A stretch of 64,000 nt of DNA, taken from contig CM075988.1 in assembly GCA_038087875.1 (NCBI GenBank), forward strand, positions 17,672,001 to 17,736,000. Reading direction: 5' to 3'. The DNA is from Malacoraja senta (Eukaryota). Below, piece by piece: positions 40,001 through 54,079 of this stretch; position 1 is the stretch's first letter, and every line of letters starts with the position of its first letter. Under the pieces are notes generated by a model. That model worked only from the letters and a program-made list of their open reading frames with translations. It did no database searches and was not told the origin of the DNA. Both the position numbers and the translations under genes were made by a program.

Positions 40001-43000
40001 GTCATTGGTTGTTTGAGGCAGTTATGGGCTCATGGCTTTAGCATGATGCTTCGTTAAACTAAATGGTTGACCTTATTGCAGCCATTGTTCCAGCGTGCTT
40101 CCAGCACTCTCTTTACCTCCAGTAGGTAGTCTTACAATCTGCAATTCACTTCCTGTAAAAGTGCTACGATTGGAATTACTCAGTTCCCTCACAAGGAATG
40201 GAACGGACAACAACGAGATAAATTCCAGGTTCAAGGGGAAAGAAGCCAATTAACTTACAAACCTGAACGTCTTTGGAGTGTGGGAGGAAACCGGAGCACC
40301 CGGAGAAAACCCACGTGGTCACAGGGGGCCTGTGTTGGCCAACACTGGGTTCTCCTCGATTGCAGAGCCGACTCTTCCTGCCGGAGCCGACTCTTCCTGC
40401 CGATCTGTGTATGTCAGGGAGAATGTGATTTATTGTAGACTAGAATATCTCCTCCCGCAGGGCCAAAGTGAACATCAAGGAAATAACTTGCTGGTTTCCT
40501 CAGCGAAGATTGGGGTATTACCAGCCATGGAGATAAAAAATTGAATTGTGAAATACATCCTTGAGTGGGTCACGATAACATTGGTTATCTTGTGCCTTAT
40601 CTCTCTCTGGAACGATGGTCCATCAGCTGGGCTGGTGAAATTGATGCTCACTCATAATTACTCAGCCGCTGTTGTGAGTCTGATGCTGTGATTTGAGATT
40701 TCAGCCCCTGGATATTAACGCAGCCATTTGACTGAGGCCAGCATGTTGTCACTGTGACCTCACGGTTTTATACACATCTGGAGTTATACCAAGCTCTAAT
40801 TTATTATCTGAAGACAACTTGGAATGTCCATAAACCCACACCAGCTGTTGCTGGTTGACACTACAGGAAGTTTTTCTTTCCCACCCTCAGTTCTAGAGCA
40901 ACATGAGGAGGAAATATTGAAGTTAGTTGAATGAGGTTTTATTCCAGCGAGATGCATTGGATCTAATGTTAATGCTGCGAGTGATTTAGAGCACCATGGT
41001 GCTAAAACCAACTCTTTCATATGATGGTGTGGTGTGAAATTAGGATGGTTGTGCCAGCTGTAAACTGACTACATGACAGTAAGGGGAATGACCTCAAACC
41101 GTGGGAGAGCAGGGCTTCAGTTTGGCTACACTGCTGACCACTGGTAGCACCAATGCTGCCTGTCCAGTTTGTCTAGTCACAGGTTCAATGGCTCACTGCA
41201 ATTACTGCAGTGGGTCTGAGTGATTATGTGGTTTAAAAACTCCACCTTGCCCTCTATTCCTCCATACTGTAAAGTCTGGGACCAGAGGAACAGGAGCCAG
41301 CCATTCATAGACTCATATAGCATGGAAACAGACCCTTCGGCCCAACTCGTCCATGCCGTCCAAGATGCCCCCATCTAAGCTAGTCCCATTGGCCTACATT
41401 TGGCCCATCTCCCTCTAAAACTCTCCTGTACCTGTTTGTGTCTCTTAAATGTTGTTATTGGACTTGCCTCAATACCTCCACTTATCTATCTTCGTACGTC
41501 TTAGGATGTCCAGCACCACCTTGACCGTAATAAGGAATGTCTTCAAGATATCTCCATTGACTGTTGCAAATTCCCTCATCTTCATGTATTTCTCTAGTAA
41601 AAAACAGGGCAAATACTCATTGCTCATATCCCGTGACTACTAACATAGATGACTGCTTTGGCTTCTGAGGGGGGCCCTATTCTCTCTCTACCCTCTTACC
41701 CTTAATGTACATAATATAATTTGGATTCTCCTTAATCTTAACAGCCAGAGCTATCTCTTGCTCTCTTTTTCTAGAGGACCCTTTGTCTTCAAAAAAACCT
41801 ACTCCAATCAACTTTGCTCATTCATGTTTAATACTATCAAAGTTAGATCATTGCTTAATTGTTTATACTCGTGGGAGAACATGACTAATCCACGCAACCA
41901 CTCCTTTTGGCCTTGGGATGTGTGATGAATGGCAACCTTGCTAATGATGTCCACATGCTGTAAACCAATGAAATAAAAGCCATCCTCGTCAATCTGCGAT
42001 CAGTGGTTTCAAGGCGAACATCCTTCCTGTGTCTGTAAAGGGTTGGGTGGTATTTCAACATGTTACATATTTCTTTTGAGTCCCACTCTGACCCTTCTCT
42101 CCACACACGAGCCCTTCACTTTGACTCTGAATGCTAGGATGTTTCCTTGCTCTCATTGTGTGTCCATGCCTAGGTGCCCCCTTTCGCAGTCCCTTCAGTT
42201 TCTGACCTGCACTGAGATCTTAGTTGTTAAAGGTATTGGCTCTCGATGTGTCAGCTAGTCTTTCTCTTCATTTTCCATTCAATGCTATTCTGACAGCCAT
42301 CTCAGGCACACATCCTGCCGAGTCATATTGTGATTCTGAGTTACAGTAATGCCTGAATGCCGGGACCTTTCTCTACCTTCACCACTATCGACCAATTGTA
42401 GCGCTGTTCTCTGGAACTCCTTTCATTAAACCCCTTGCCTCACTACACCCTCTACTTTCAAAAATCACTCCTGTATGCTTTCTCTATTTTTCCCAAACGC
42501 TGTTGATTTCTGCTCAGTCCATCCTTTCTACCTGGTGTTTTGGGACAATATCATGTCAATAGCATAATATGAAGCCAGTTGTTACATTGTTTCCCAGTTT
42601 TGAATATGGTGACCTTATGTTCATGAGAACTTTCACGCTAGCTTGCTAAATATCACGAGAGGATCTAATTTCGCTCCATGGTGATGTTTGTGTGCCTCTG
42701 TCCTCATTTCATATCCACCTGTGTTAATTTCCCTTTTATGCCATTAGTACTGAATTATGTTGTACTCAGGGATATTCTGCATAAATTACTATAAACTAGC
42801 TGCATCTGAAAGGAGGAATAATTTTTCAGTGCAGTTATTTGGACACTGTGTTGAGGAATTCCTTTGAAGTACCCGGTGGGCCCACAGAGACCACAGAATT
42901 AATATCCGTTCCACTTTCTCTTCTTGTACGGCATCTCTTGTGGCAGAGATGTCCTCCATTGATCATTGAACTGACAGGGATGAACAAGCTAGTTATTCAA

Positions 43001-43301
43001 ATGCAAGTTCACCTCGGTTACTCTACATTTTACCTCTGCACTGAGCTTTCCTCAAACATTGCTGCCAAAATCAAGTACATTCTGGCAGGGAGGCTGTACT
43101 AATTGACTCCACTACTGCTCCTCAGTGACCATCATCACAGGGGCTCCTCAGGGCTGCGTGCTTATGCCCCTGTCCCACTTAGGAAACCTGAACGGAAACC
43201 TCTAGTGACCTTGCTCCCCACCCAAGGTTTTCATGAGTCGCCAGAGGTTTTGGTCGCTTGGCTGGAAAGCCTCGACCGAAGCGTGAGCTGCATCTACCGA
43301 C

Positions 43302-43323
43302 CAAAGATCCTATAGGATCTTTG
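43302..43323. mobile_element. 22-bp palindromic micro-insertion with 8-bp TSD
   Basis: ctaccgac[caaagatcctataggatctttg]ctaccgac. Confidence 0.75.
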
Positions 43324-43333
43324 CTACCGACCG

Positions 43334-43349
43334 CACACGCACACGCGCA

Positions 43350-43405
<56 letters not shown>
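43334..43405. repeat. (CA)n microsatellite
   Basis: Directly visible. Confidence 0.95.
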
Positions 43406-43406
<1 letters not shown>

Positions 43407-43609
43407 CGAAGGTGGGGGCCAGGGACAGCGGAGGAGCGCTGTCTTCGCGATGAAGAGGAAGATAAACGGCTGCCACAGAGCACGGTAAGTCCTTTATAGA
43501 GCGCGGGAGGGAGGGAGAGAAGGGGGAGAAGAAGTGGGGACAGTTTTAAGAAGTTTAATAAAGTTAGCGGGCATTTTACCTTCCGGCGGATCTTCTAGGT
43601 CCTGAAAAC

Positions 43610-43631
43610 CAAAGATCCTACAGGATCTTTG
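43610..43631. mobile_element. Second 22-bp palindromic micro-insertion with 8-bp TSD
   Basis: ctgaaaac[caaagatcctacaggatctttg]ctgaaaac. Confidence 0.75.
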
Positions 43632-44989
43632 CTGAAAACTCCAATGAGCCAATCAAAATGGCCGGTCAGCGAAGGCGATTGCCTTCGACTGCCTGTAAGT
43701 AAATAGCGACCCCACTCCACTGGCTTCGACCAAACGGCAACCTATTTTTAGTCGTGGCGTTTTTTGTTTTCTTTAAAATAATCGTAGGAACATAGAAGAA
43801 GCCTCAACTACGCGGAAACCACTTTCGACCATTAGGGAGAGTGACCAAAACCTCCGGGAACCTCACGAAAACCTTGGGTGAGGTGCAAGGTCTCCAGAGG
43901 TTTCCGTTCAGGTTTTCTAAGTGGGACAGGGGCATTAGTCTACTGCTCTACTCTCTTTACAACCATGACTGTGTGGCTGAGCACAGCGTCAATGCCATCT
44001 ATAAGTATGCTGATGACACAACTGTTGTTGGCTGAATCATGGATGGTGATGAATCAGCATGCAGGAGAGAGATAGAACACGTGGTTGAGTGATGCCACAA
44101 CAATAACCTCTCGCTCAACATCAACAAAACCAAGGAAATAGTCGTTGAGTTCAGAAAGGGAAGTCAGGAGACCACAAGGCAGTTTTTATTGGAGACGCAA
44201 TAGTGCAGATGCTGGTATCTTGAACAGAAACACAAACTGGAATCTTGAGCAAAAAACAAACCGCTGGTCAGGCAGGATCTTGGAAGGAAATGGACAGTCA
44301 AGACCCTTCTTCAGACATGGAGCAAAGGGGAGATAACTGGTAGTGAGAGGTGAGGGGAAGGCGTGGGTAAGAGCTGGCTAATGACAGGTGGATCCAGGTA
44401 AGGATGGTTGATTGGCAGATGAGGCCGGTAGTGGAGAGAAAGGTGGAGGTAGTGACCTCTGCTGGAGATGATAATGTGGAAGATGACAGAATGCAAATGG
44501 TGGAACCTGATAAGAAAGGAATGTGGGAAGTGAAATGTAATACCAGAGGGAGGGATTGTAGAAAAAAGAGAGTGGAGGAGGGAAACATGGGGATTGTGGA
44601 GTAGGGAGGTGTGGTTGATGAGCAGAGGTGGAGGGGGGAAGGAACTGAGTAACGGAGGCATGGGGAGCAGAAAGAAATGGATGCATGGAGGGAGGGAATT
44701 TTACATGAAATTTGAGTATTTAATGTTCAAACCGTTTGGGATGGAGGCTACCCAAACAGAAGATGAGGTGGCGTTCTTCCAGTTGCACTTTCCACTTTCC
44801 GTTTACGCTTCCCTTTTTTTGTTGTCATTTTTCGTTGTCGGCTCAGTAGTGAATAGAGTTCAGTTGAGTTGAGTTTAGTGATACAGTGCAGAGAGAGAAA
44901 GAGAGAAGATTGGAGGGTAGGAAAGTAATAAACCCGTGAAGCGTTCCTTTCTGCTTTCACCCTTCACGTGGATGGTATTTCAAGTGTCA

Positions 44990-45770
44990 GAATCAAGAGT
45001 GTTTTATTGTCAAATTCCCAAAACAGAACAATGAAATTCTTACATGCAACAGCATAACAGATACACAACAGGTAAACGTAGTACTCTGTAAACAGCATAA
45101 TGAACAACATAAAAGTGCAGTATAATTTTTAAAAAAACAATATTAATACAAAGACGAAAACAATGCCCCAGGTCTATGTAGTTCCTAGCTTGGTTGGAGG
45201 TTGTGGTATTTATAACCTGATGGTTATTGGGAAGAAGCTGTTCTTGGACCTGGATGTTACTGGTTTCAGGCTGCCATATCTTCTTCCCAATGGCAGGAGG
45301 TGAAATGAGAGCATGGACAGGGTGTGGATCTCTGATGATGCTGGCTGCCTTTTTGAGACAGCAGCTTCTGTATATTCTTTCCATGGTGGGAAGGTCAGTA
45401 GCTATGATGGGCAGTTGCAATCTTCTTCATTCTTGGCTGTTTGACTTGCCAAACCAGGCCATAATGCAACTGCTCAATATGCTCTCTACCGTACACCTAG
45501 AGATGTTTAGGAGGGTATTCATCGCTGGGTCCAGGCAAGTTTGTTATTCTGGCACCATTCGGTCAGTCAATTGATCTCCCTCATATACTCTGACTCATTA
45601 TCATCCGTAATTTATCCAACAGCAGTGGTGTTGCGAATTAAAAGATGAAGTTGGAACTGTTGTCCGGCTACACAGTCATAGGTATACACTGAGTAGAGCA
45701 GGAAACTGAGCACACAGCCTTGAGGTTGTTCCTGTGCTGATGGTTATCGAGCAGGAAATGTTGCTGCCTC
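44990..45770 (-). mobile_element. Rex1/Babar-like LINE 3' fragment
   Basis: LPTMERIYRSCCLKKAASIIRDPHP motif and typical tail. Confidence 0.65.
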
Positions 45771-48700
45771 TAACAAACGCATTGTCTTTGCTGTTTTTTT
45801 TAAAGCTCTGCCTGTCATTTCCCGATATAGTTAATACCACCTCTGATAAACCTACGCTCTTACGCCTCAGAAGGACATAAAGTACTAGAGTAACTCAGCA
45901 GGTTAGGCAGCATCTCGACCCGAGACGACATCTGTCAATGTTCTCCAGACATGCTGCCAATACCCGCTGAGTTACTCCAGCACCGTTCCTTTTGTGTATT
46001 AACCAGCAACTGCAGTTCTTTGTTTCTACTGCTATGCCTCAGATCATCTGGCGCTGATACCTTCATCCACTTCTCTGTTAACATTATAGCTGACGAGCTT
46101 TGTCTGTGTTCTAACATGCATTTTCATGGCTTGCTCTTTGCTACATGGTTCCTGATGAAGTACCTCTTCATTTTAAATTTATTTCTCACCCTTATTTACA
46201 AACTCAATCTTGTCAATATGATGTCCTCTAGCCCCAAAGTCTGATGAAATGTCTGTTCTTTAATTTTCCTCATCCCTAAATGTAATCACGGTATTTGTGG
46301 CTGGGCCTTTGGGTGGCAAGCTCACAAATTCTAGAATTCTTTCCCTCTTTGCTTCTCATTTTAAGATGTTTGTTAAAATCTTTCTTTCTGACCAAGCCTA
46401 TGACAATCTAATGCAGTTCAGCATCAATTTGTAGCTTAACAATGCTGTGAGGCTTCTCTCTTAGTAAAAGCTGCTGTTAGAGTTTCAACTGTAACACATC
46501 ACACAACGAACACAAATGTATTCCGCCTTTATCTCAACTAACATAACACATGCGCACCTCTGTGTACATGTAGAAATATACATAATGTAGAACAATCTGC
46601 CTTGAATTTTGTTCCATTTTCAGACTAAATGTGGATGGCTATTACTTTAAATCTTCCACCATGGTGACACTGCAGAGCACTGGCTTCCTGCAGCTCTCTA
46701 AAGTTGTGTTATGCAGCCAGCAGGGTGTAAATGGTTCCATCTGCCACAGACCAGCCCCCTGGCCATGAGAAGGCAATCACACTGCAGCGTTGACAGCTTG
46801 TGTGCGTCATCAGCACTGCTTCGAAAATTTTCTACTTCAGATAGCAGCTAACAAGCTTTTAGTTCTCACCTGTTGATGGCAACATCAGACAAAAGCTTTC
46901 CAGTGAGAGGGGCAAAGGCCATTAAAGCTGTCATTTTATTACTTTCCTGCATTCAAGAGGAATTCTTCCAATTTACAATAAATATATCTTCAGTTCAGCG
47001 GGGAGTTGGACAGATTTCACCCCCTTACATCTATGGTCTTTTGAAATTGCACAATCATAATAGCTACCGAGCACACTTCATCTCTTTAGGAGCTAACGAG
47101 GCATTTCAATGCACATATATTTGCATCCCAAGGAGCCAGATCACATTTTAAATGAGAATCTCTCTGATTAAAATGATGGAAATCAAAGTAAATTGACAAA
47201 AGACACAATTATAAATCAGCAACCATCTCATTTTTCAAGCCTGTTGTGAAATTTGAAAGCATGGGTGTGACATTGAACATCTACAGATTCCACCTCAAAC
47301 GGGCTGAGTTCTGAAACAATCTGATTTTTTTTAATAAGATTTATTTCAGCACCATTGTGTACTGACATTTGTGTTCTGTGTAACACTGGTTGATTAATGT
47401 TGTGTTCTCGATGTTGGCTGCAGATGTTGACTTCTGGATTTTGCCATTTACTAAAGTACTGTTTATTTGGTGTGACAGTGATATAACAGCAGCTAGTTAT
47501 ATAGTCATACAGCACGGAAACAGCTCCTTTGGCCCATCTCATATAGCAGCCAAGATGCCCCATCTATGCTAATCCCACCTGAACATGTTTAGTCCATATT
47601 CCTCTAAACCTTTCCAATCCATGTACCTGTCCAAATGTTTTTTTAATATTGCTATAGTACCTGCCTCAACTACCTCCTCTAGCAGCTAATTTAATATACC
47701 CCACCACACTCTCTGTGAAAAAGTTGCCTCTCAGGTTCCTATTAAATCTTTCCCCTTTCACCTTAAGCCTATATCCCCTGGGTCTTGATTCCACTGCTCT
47801 GGGCAAAAGACTCTGTGCATTCACCCATCACTATTCCCCTCATGATATTATACACCTCATGCCTGAATGTTGTCTAGACACTGCATCACAGCTACAGAGA
47901 CCTGGTTTCGATCGTGACCTCCATTGTTGTCTGTGTGGAGTCTGCATGTTCGCCTGCATGGGTTTCCCTGCATACCCTGGTGTACTCCTACATCCCATAT
48001 GTAAGTTGGTATATTAATTGGTCACTTACCCTGTGTGTGTAGATGGTGCTTGGTTAATTAGGGGAATTGATGGGAATGTCACTCAGAATGAGTTACCGGA
48101 AATAAGTTGGGGAATGGATTGAACTCAAATGGCTTTGAGAACCAGCAATGTGGTTGGGAAGTGTTATAACACTTGCAATTTTCCACTTTCCCCTCGAAGT
48201 ATTTTCAATGTTCAAGGTATTTTTATTAGTCACATTCACATACACCCAGGTGTAGTGAAGTGAAATGCTTTTTGCCATTATGCAGCACACAAAAAAGAGA
48301 ATACAGACGCAACACCAAGATAGTCTTAACACTGAACATCCCCCCACAATATTTTAAGGCTGATAATCTGTTTTCTGCTTTTCTGCTACGTATTCCTCGA
48401 CCCTGAGACCAAGCCACAGGCAAATTGTTCTACTTTGTTGATCCATGGCCGAGTTGAGTGCTACTCACACTTGACACGCACGTCCAATGCACAGGAGCAC
48501 ACATTCTGAGTTGATCTACTTTCCTTCCTGTAAAATGTCTCCATGCTCTCTGGTATTAAACTGTTCAATTGGTACAGGCAAGCTTTAGGATCTAGGATAT
48601 TTCTATTGCATCAAGCATTCATTCCAGCAAGGTATCCTCAGGGCTAATCCAGTTTTGGCTTGGTTCTGTTCTGCTAAATTCTGTAGGACACCATGTAATA

Positions 48701-50419
48701 ATAAATCAAGATGACACATTAATCCCCAGTGCAGTCAGGAAGCTCAGGAGCGGAGCTGAGCAGGTTCTGGTGTGAGTTCAGACCTGGCCAGCAGAGTTTT
48801 GGATCTATTCATCTTTACAGAGAGTTCCCCAAATAAAATCTACCTCAATGAATCTCTTGATTTTTAAAGAAATCATTGTTACTTTGCGAAAATATATCTG
48901 AAATTGAAACCACATTCTAATATAGAGGGGTAGCAATCAATTAAATCTGACATTGCGTTCTACTTGTGCAGGAAGGAACAGCAGATGCTGGTTTACATCG
49001 AAGATAGACACAAAATGCTGGAGTAACTTAGCGGGACAGGCAGCCTCTCTGGATAGGGTAGTGGTAAAAATATTTTTTCAGGCTATCTTACACAAGCTCA
49101 TACAAAAGGCATGGTGTGTCAACTCATTCTCTCCAAAGTTATCCCAGTGTAGAATTTGTATTGCAATTTCCCTGTCTTCCAATATCCCCTCATGGATGAT
49201 CTGTGGTCTGTAAAACACCCATATGAAGGAGGAAGAATTGCCTGAGGTATACTAATCATTCCAAGTTTAAATGAAGAATTTCAAGGACTATGGTATGAAA
49301 GTGCCCAGTAAAAATGCAGGGGGGTGCGGGGAAAGATTTCTCGTGCAAAGAGTGATATTGATCATTGCGTGGGTGGAGTCAAACAAGGCTTCTGAGGGAG
49401 TAGAGTACAGAGTTTGTATGTTTTCTGCGTGGGTTTTCTCCGGTCTACTCCCACACTTCAAAGACGTACACGTTTGTAGGTTAATTGGCTTTGGTAAAAA
49501 GTGTAAATGGTGCATCCTGTGCTGAATAGTGCTAGTGTATGCGGATCTCTGTTTGTGCGCTGTATCTCTAAACTAAACTAAAGCAAACCTTGACAGGGGT
49601 CTTGGCAGCACGGGAGCAAAAGCAAAATCAAAAGCTCTCTTAGCAACTCTTCGCAACCTTATGAACATCTTTCACTGTCGCAGTTTATACGGAGTGAGCA
49701 GTTAGTGCCGAGACCATGGGGGAAATTTTGTTTGCACAAATAATAAGGGACCTAAGCAGATTAAATTCAAATAGAACCAAAAGGGTCATCAGGTAAACTC
49801 TCGCTGGGAAGGTGTATAATGTAAACTGCCTGCTTGCGAATCTGGTGTCAGAATGAGAACAATGGCATTGGAACCCACTGAGCGTAAACAGAGACTCAAT
49901 GCTGGGGACGTGGGCCTGGAGAGGATATTCCTGTGGATTTGCTCATTGCATTTGAGAAAAGAAGAAAATATTATACCGTAAAATGAAACCAACAGATGAG
50001 GTGTTAATGACGATAAAACAATTTAATCCTTGTATGTGTTTGTTTTTCTGAACCCTTTTAAACTGGTGTTAATGCAGCTCAAACAACTGTAAGCTGCTTT
50101 TTTTTAAACTCATCTGGCAGTTTACGCAATCCATGCCTCCAGCATGTGTCAGCTAGATAAAATAAACTGCCATTTGTTTAACAACTCTTACATCCACAGA
50201 ACTTCCCAAAGTTCTTTTAAGTGCATTGAATTACTTTTTGAAATGTAGACAGAAATAGTTGCTTAGTTGTATCAATGCAAATTAAAAAAAACCTGCAGTT
50301 GCTGGAAATCTGGAAATAAAAGCAGAACGTGTATGAGTTTGTATGTAATCGTTGTAAACATTCAGCAGGACAGGCAGATTCATGGAGAATTAGACAGCCT
50401 CACTTCCCCTTCATTCACA

Positions 50420-51240
50420 GCTCGTACTTTCCCCTCTCTGTAAACTCCAGCGAGTACAGGCCCAGTATCGTCAAATGCCCAATCATCACCGGATCATTCT
50501 CGTATACCTCCTCTGGACTCTCTCCAACGCCAGCACATCCTTCCTCAGATACGGGGCCCAAAACTGCTTACAGTACTCCAAATGCAGTCTGACCAGTGCC
50601 TTATAAAGCCTCAACATTACATCCCTGTTTTTATATTGTAGTCCTCTCAAAATAAATTATAACATTGCATTTGCCTTCCTAACTACTGATTCAACTTGCA
50701 AATTAACTTTTTGGGAATCCTGTATCAGCACTCCCAAATCCCTTTGCACCTCTGACTTCTGATTCCTCTCCCCATTTAGAAAATAGTCAACACCTTTATT
50801 CCTACCACCAAACTGTGTGACTCCACACTATTTCATCTGGCACTTCTTTGCCCACTCTTCCAATCTGTCCAAGTCCTTCTGCAAAGTCCCTGCTTTCTCT
50901 ACACTACCTGCCCCTCCATCTATCTTCCGCAAAATTGGCCACAAAGCCTTCAATTCCCTCAACCAAAACATTGATATACAACGTGAAGAGTTGTGGCCCC
51001 AGCACTGGCCCCTGTGGAACCCCACTAGTCACTGGCAGCCAACCAGTAAAAGCCCCCTTTATTCACACACTTTGCCTTCTGCCATGCAGTCAACCTTCTA
51101 TGCATGCTAGATACCCTTAATTCCCTAGAATCTCCTTAATACCATGTGCTTTCATCTTCTTTAGCAGCCTTATCAAAGGCCTTCTGAAAATCCCGGTAAA
51201 CAACATCCGCCAGCTCTCTTTTGTCTATCCTATTTATTTC
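50420..51240 (-). mobile_element. Decayed CR1 RT fragment
   Basis: LQKDLDRLEEWAKK.QMK; VTSGVPQG on the minus strand. Confidence 0.75.
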
Positions 51241-52325
51241 CTCAATGTAAATGATCAAATGAGGTTCCTTCTGTCCATTGTAAGCAAAACCACGTCATGA
51301 TTCTGAGGAGCAGTTAATTTAAAAACAGTTAAATGCTGGAAACACTCCAAGGGTCAGGCAGCATATTTCACGCCTGATGAAGGATTTCGGACATGAAACA
51401 TTGAATTTTCCTCAGATTCTCTCTGACCTGTTGCGTATATTTTGTTTTTATTTCAGATTTCCAGCATCTGCAGTTTTCTTGGGTTTTTTTTTGATGAATT
51501 AATCCCCTTGTTCTAACCAAAAGTATTTGTAAATCAATATCAAACATGGTCATTATGACATTGTTTATTTGTGGATGCTTGCTGTAAGCATATTGACTAC
51601 CTCATTCCCTGCATTAAAAACCTTTGAAAGTATCACATGAACAGTCCACTACCACTTGGGTACGTCCAGAGGTGGTGACACTATGAAAATGCAAGTTCAG
51701 TTCATTTGACGAACCAGGGAGTTCCGTGCATGTCCTTACTCTGTTTTATGTAAGTGCTTATCCATTGAAAATAAGCACATCAATGCTTGGTAAAGTAGGG
51801 AGATAAAGGATTTGCACATGAGCGCATTAACTGCTCACATGCTAAATGTTTGCTGTGTCGTTTCAAGGCCATAGTGAAGTGATTTCATGTTTGTGTATTT
51901 GTTCATTTCTTAGTCAATCTGATAAACCTTTCACTGTAAATTGTTGCTGTGTAACATACAGGAGTTTAGATTGATTTAAAATCTTTCCAACAAATGACTT
52001 TGTACCATTTATTCATCATTGTTGATATTTATTCTAGTCTGAGGAATGCTGGGTGTTGTACTCAGGAATATCCTGCTTGCATTATTGTCACCCAGCTGTG
52101 TGTGGAATGAGTAATGACTCTTCACTGCAATTAACCAGGCCGCATGTTGAGACCCTTAAAGCAGAGGTGCCACACAATGGCTCCAGCATTGCTGTTTTGC
52201 TGCTTTACCCTCGTGTTCTCTGACCATTCTGAGCCAGAGCCATGGAGATGTGGAGCTGACTGGCATTCACTTGTCCCACTACCAGTAGATTATTTAGAAG
52301 GTGAAACTGTCCTTAAAAGTTTATT

Positions 52326-52360
52326 TCTTTCTCTCCCCTCCTCTCTTTTGTTCTCACTTC

Positions 52361-52402
<42 letters not shown>

Positions 52403-52610
52403 CTCTCTTTCTCTTTCTCTCTCTCACTGTTTGCCCCCCCCCCCCTTCCTCTCTGTTATCTCTTTTGGGTTTGCCTCACTTTCCCTTTTCGTTCATAATT
52501 TCTGTCTCACTTTCTGTTTCTTTTTTCCCTCGCATTTCTCTCATCACTTTCTTCTTCTTCCTCTTTTTTTCTCTCTTACTTACACTCTCCCCATCTGTCC
52601 CTTCCTCTAC
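52326..52610. repeat. (CT)n / polypyrimidine low-complexity tract
   Basis: Directly visible. Confidence 0.9.
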
Positions 52611-53390
52611 ATTGCAGTAACTTCAGACGTTATTCCCTCTTAATTCAGAAAGATGACATGGAGTTTAGCAGAGGTATTTACAATTGTGGCATAAGGAGTA
52701 ATTCAAAGAAGAGAAAAATTGGTGTGGCAGAGAGAGCAAAGCGGAACGACTGGGATGGCTCCTTTCTGTGAGTCAGTACACAGTGCTTGATCACTCTCTT
52801 GCATTTCTACATTCTATGATCCTCCTCGTAGGTCACGGAGAGGGGATTATCCATCACCGATCAGTTAGAGATTGTTGTGCTGATGGACGGGGGAGGGGGG
52901 GTGCGGAGGGGGGGGAATTATTCGTTAATCATTTCTTTGTTTCCTCATTGTGGTTCACTTCCGGATCTTTTCCACTAGCAGATTTTGAACCCTGACATTC
53001 TCCCTGAAACAAGCAGGGCACCTGTCCTGTCCTTCCATGGGAAAACACCAGGGTTACTGGGGTAACTCAGACATTCCTCCTCCAGATTTCTGCAGAGCAA
53101 ATGCTCCATTCTCAACAGCAGGTGTATTTGGAGAGTTTGTATTTCCCTGATCATTTTAACAGCATTCAGTGGGGTGTTTCTGGAATCTGAAAGATAATTC
53201 TAGAATGTGGTATGCAACTGCTAAATATTTAGAAATAATTATCATGTCAATGAGATTTTTATTTTCTCAAGTGTTAATTATTAAAACTACTCGACACAAA
53301 ACCTCACACTCTATTTGGATATCAAAGCATCAAATCTATTTTCATCTTTTCCACGATTCACGATGTTTATATTACCTGCGGAAGGGCAAC

Positions 53391-53590
53391 NNNNNNNNNN
53401 NNNNNNNNNNNNNNNNNNNNNNNNNNNNNNNNNNNNNNNNNNNNNNNNNNNNNNNNNNNNNNNNNNNNNNNNNNNNNNNNNNNNNNNNNNNNNNNNNNNN
53501 NNNNNNNNNNNNNNNNNNNNNNNNNNNNNNNNNNNNNNNNNNNNNNNNNNNNNNNNNNNNNNNNNNNNNNNNNNNNNNNNNNNNNNNNNN
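53391..53590. other. Assembly gap (200 N)
   Basis: Run of N. Confidence 1.
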
Positions 53591-54079
53591 GACCTTCTCT
53601 GCAAACACACAGTATACAAAGTGTTGGACAATTGTTGCATTCTCATCAAAACCGTTTTGAGGGTAGCGTGCTTTGAGAGTGAGACTCTGACCATGCAGGA
53701 AGGATCTAAAGAATATTCCATTAACACACATATTTTCAGAGAGTGTGTTCAACTGAGACACCCCTGGCCCCACTTCCCTCCCACACACATTACATTCAAT
53801 GCAATTTAAAAAATATTTGCTCACAGGATCTGGCCATTGTTGGCAAGGCAGATATTTATTGTTCATCCTTAATTGCTGTTGAAAGAGTGAGGCTTGCTGA
53901 ACTGTTTCCAAATTAACCCTGTTGCTCAGTTGACAGAGTTACATGTAGGTTGGATTGAATGATGAAAGCAGATTTCCTCCCTGGTGAACATGGATGATCC
54001 AGATTTGCTAGACATCCAATAAAGTCATGATATTCATTGCAGAGACAAACTCCTTAAAAATCCCAGATTTATCTAATTG

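Larger units (their letters stand above)
43165..43934. mobile_element. PIF/Harbinger-type non-autonomous element
   Basis: TTA TSD. ~38-bp TIRs tgcccctgtcccacttaggaaacctgaacggaaacctct / agaggtttccgttcaggttttctaagtgggacaggggca. Confidence 0.88.
43125..44180 (+). mobile_element. Rex1/Babar-like LINE RT fragment split by the Harbinger element
   Basis: TGAPQGCVL| before the insertion; |SLLLYSLYNHDCVA..IYKYADDTTVVG after it. Confidence 0.8.

Noticed and set aside
43300..43633. Palindromic direct repeats as a CRISPR-like array or LTR pair
   Set aside because: Only two units in vertebrate DNA, and each has its own 8-bp flanking duplication.
52144..52620. Hydrophobic ORF, and an ag|DYLEG segment as a possible next SIK2 exon
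   Set aside because: Derived from the polypyrimidine tract; the sequence after DYL does not match the kinase (no HGR, no HRDLKAEN).
53169..53911. Long ORFs across the gap
   Set aside because: Artefacts of the N run.
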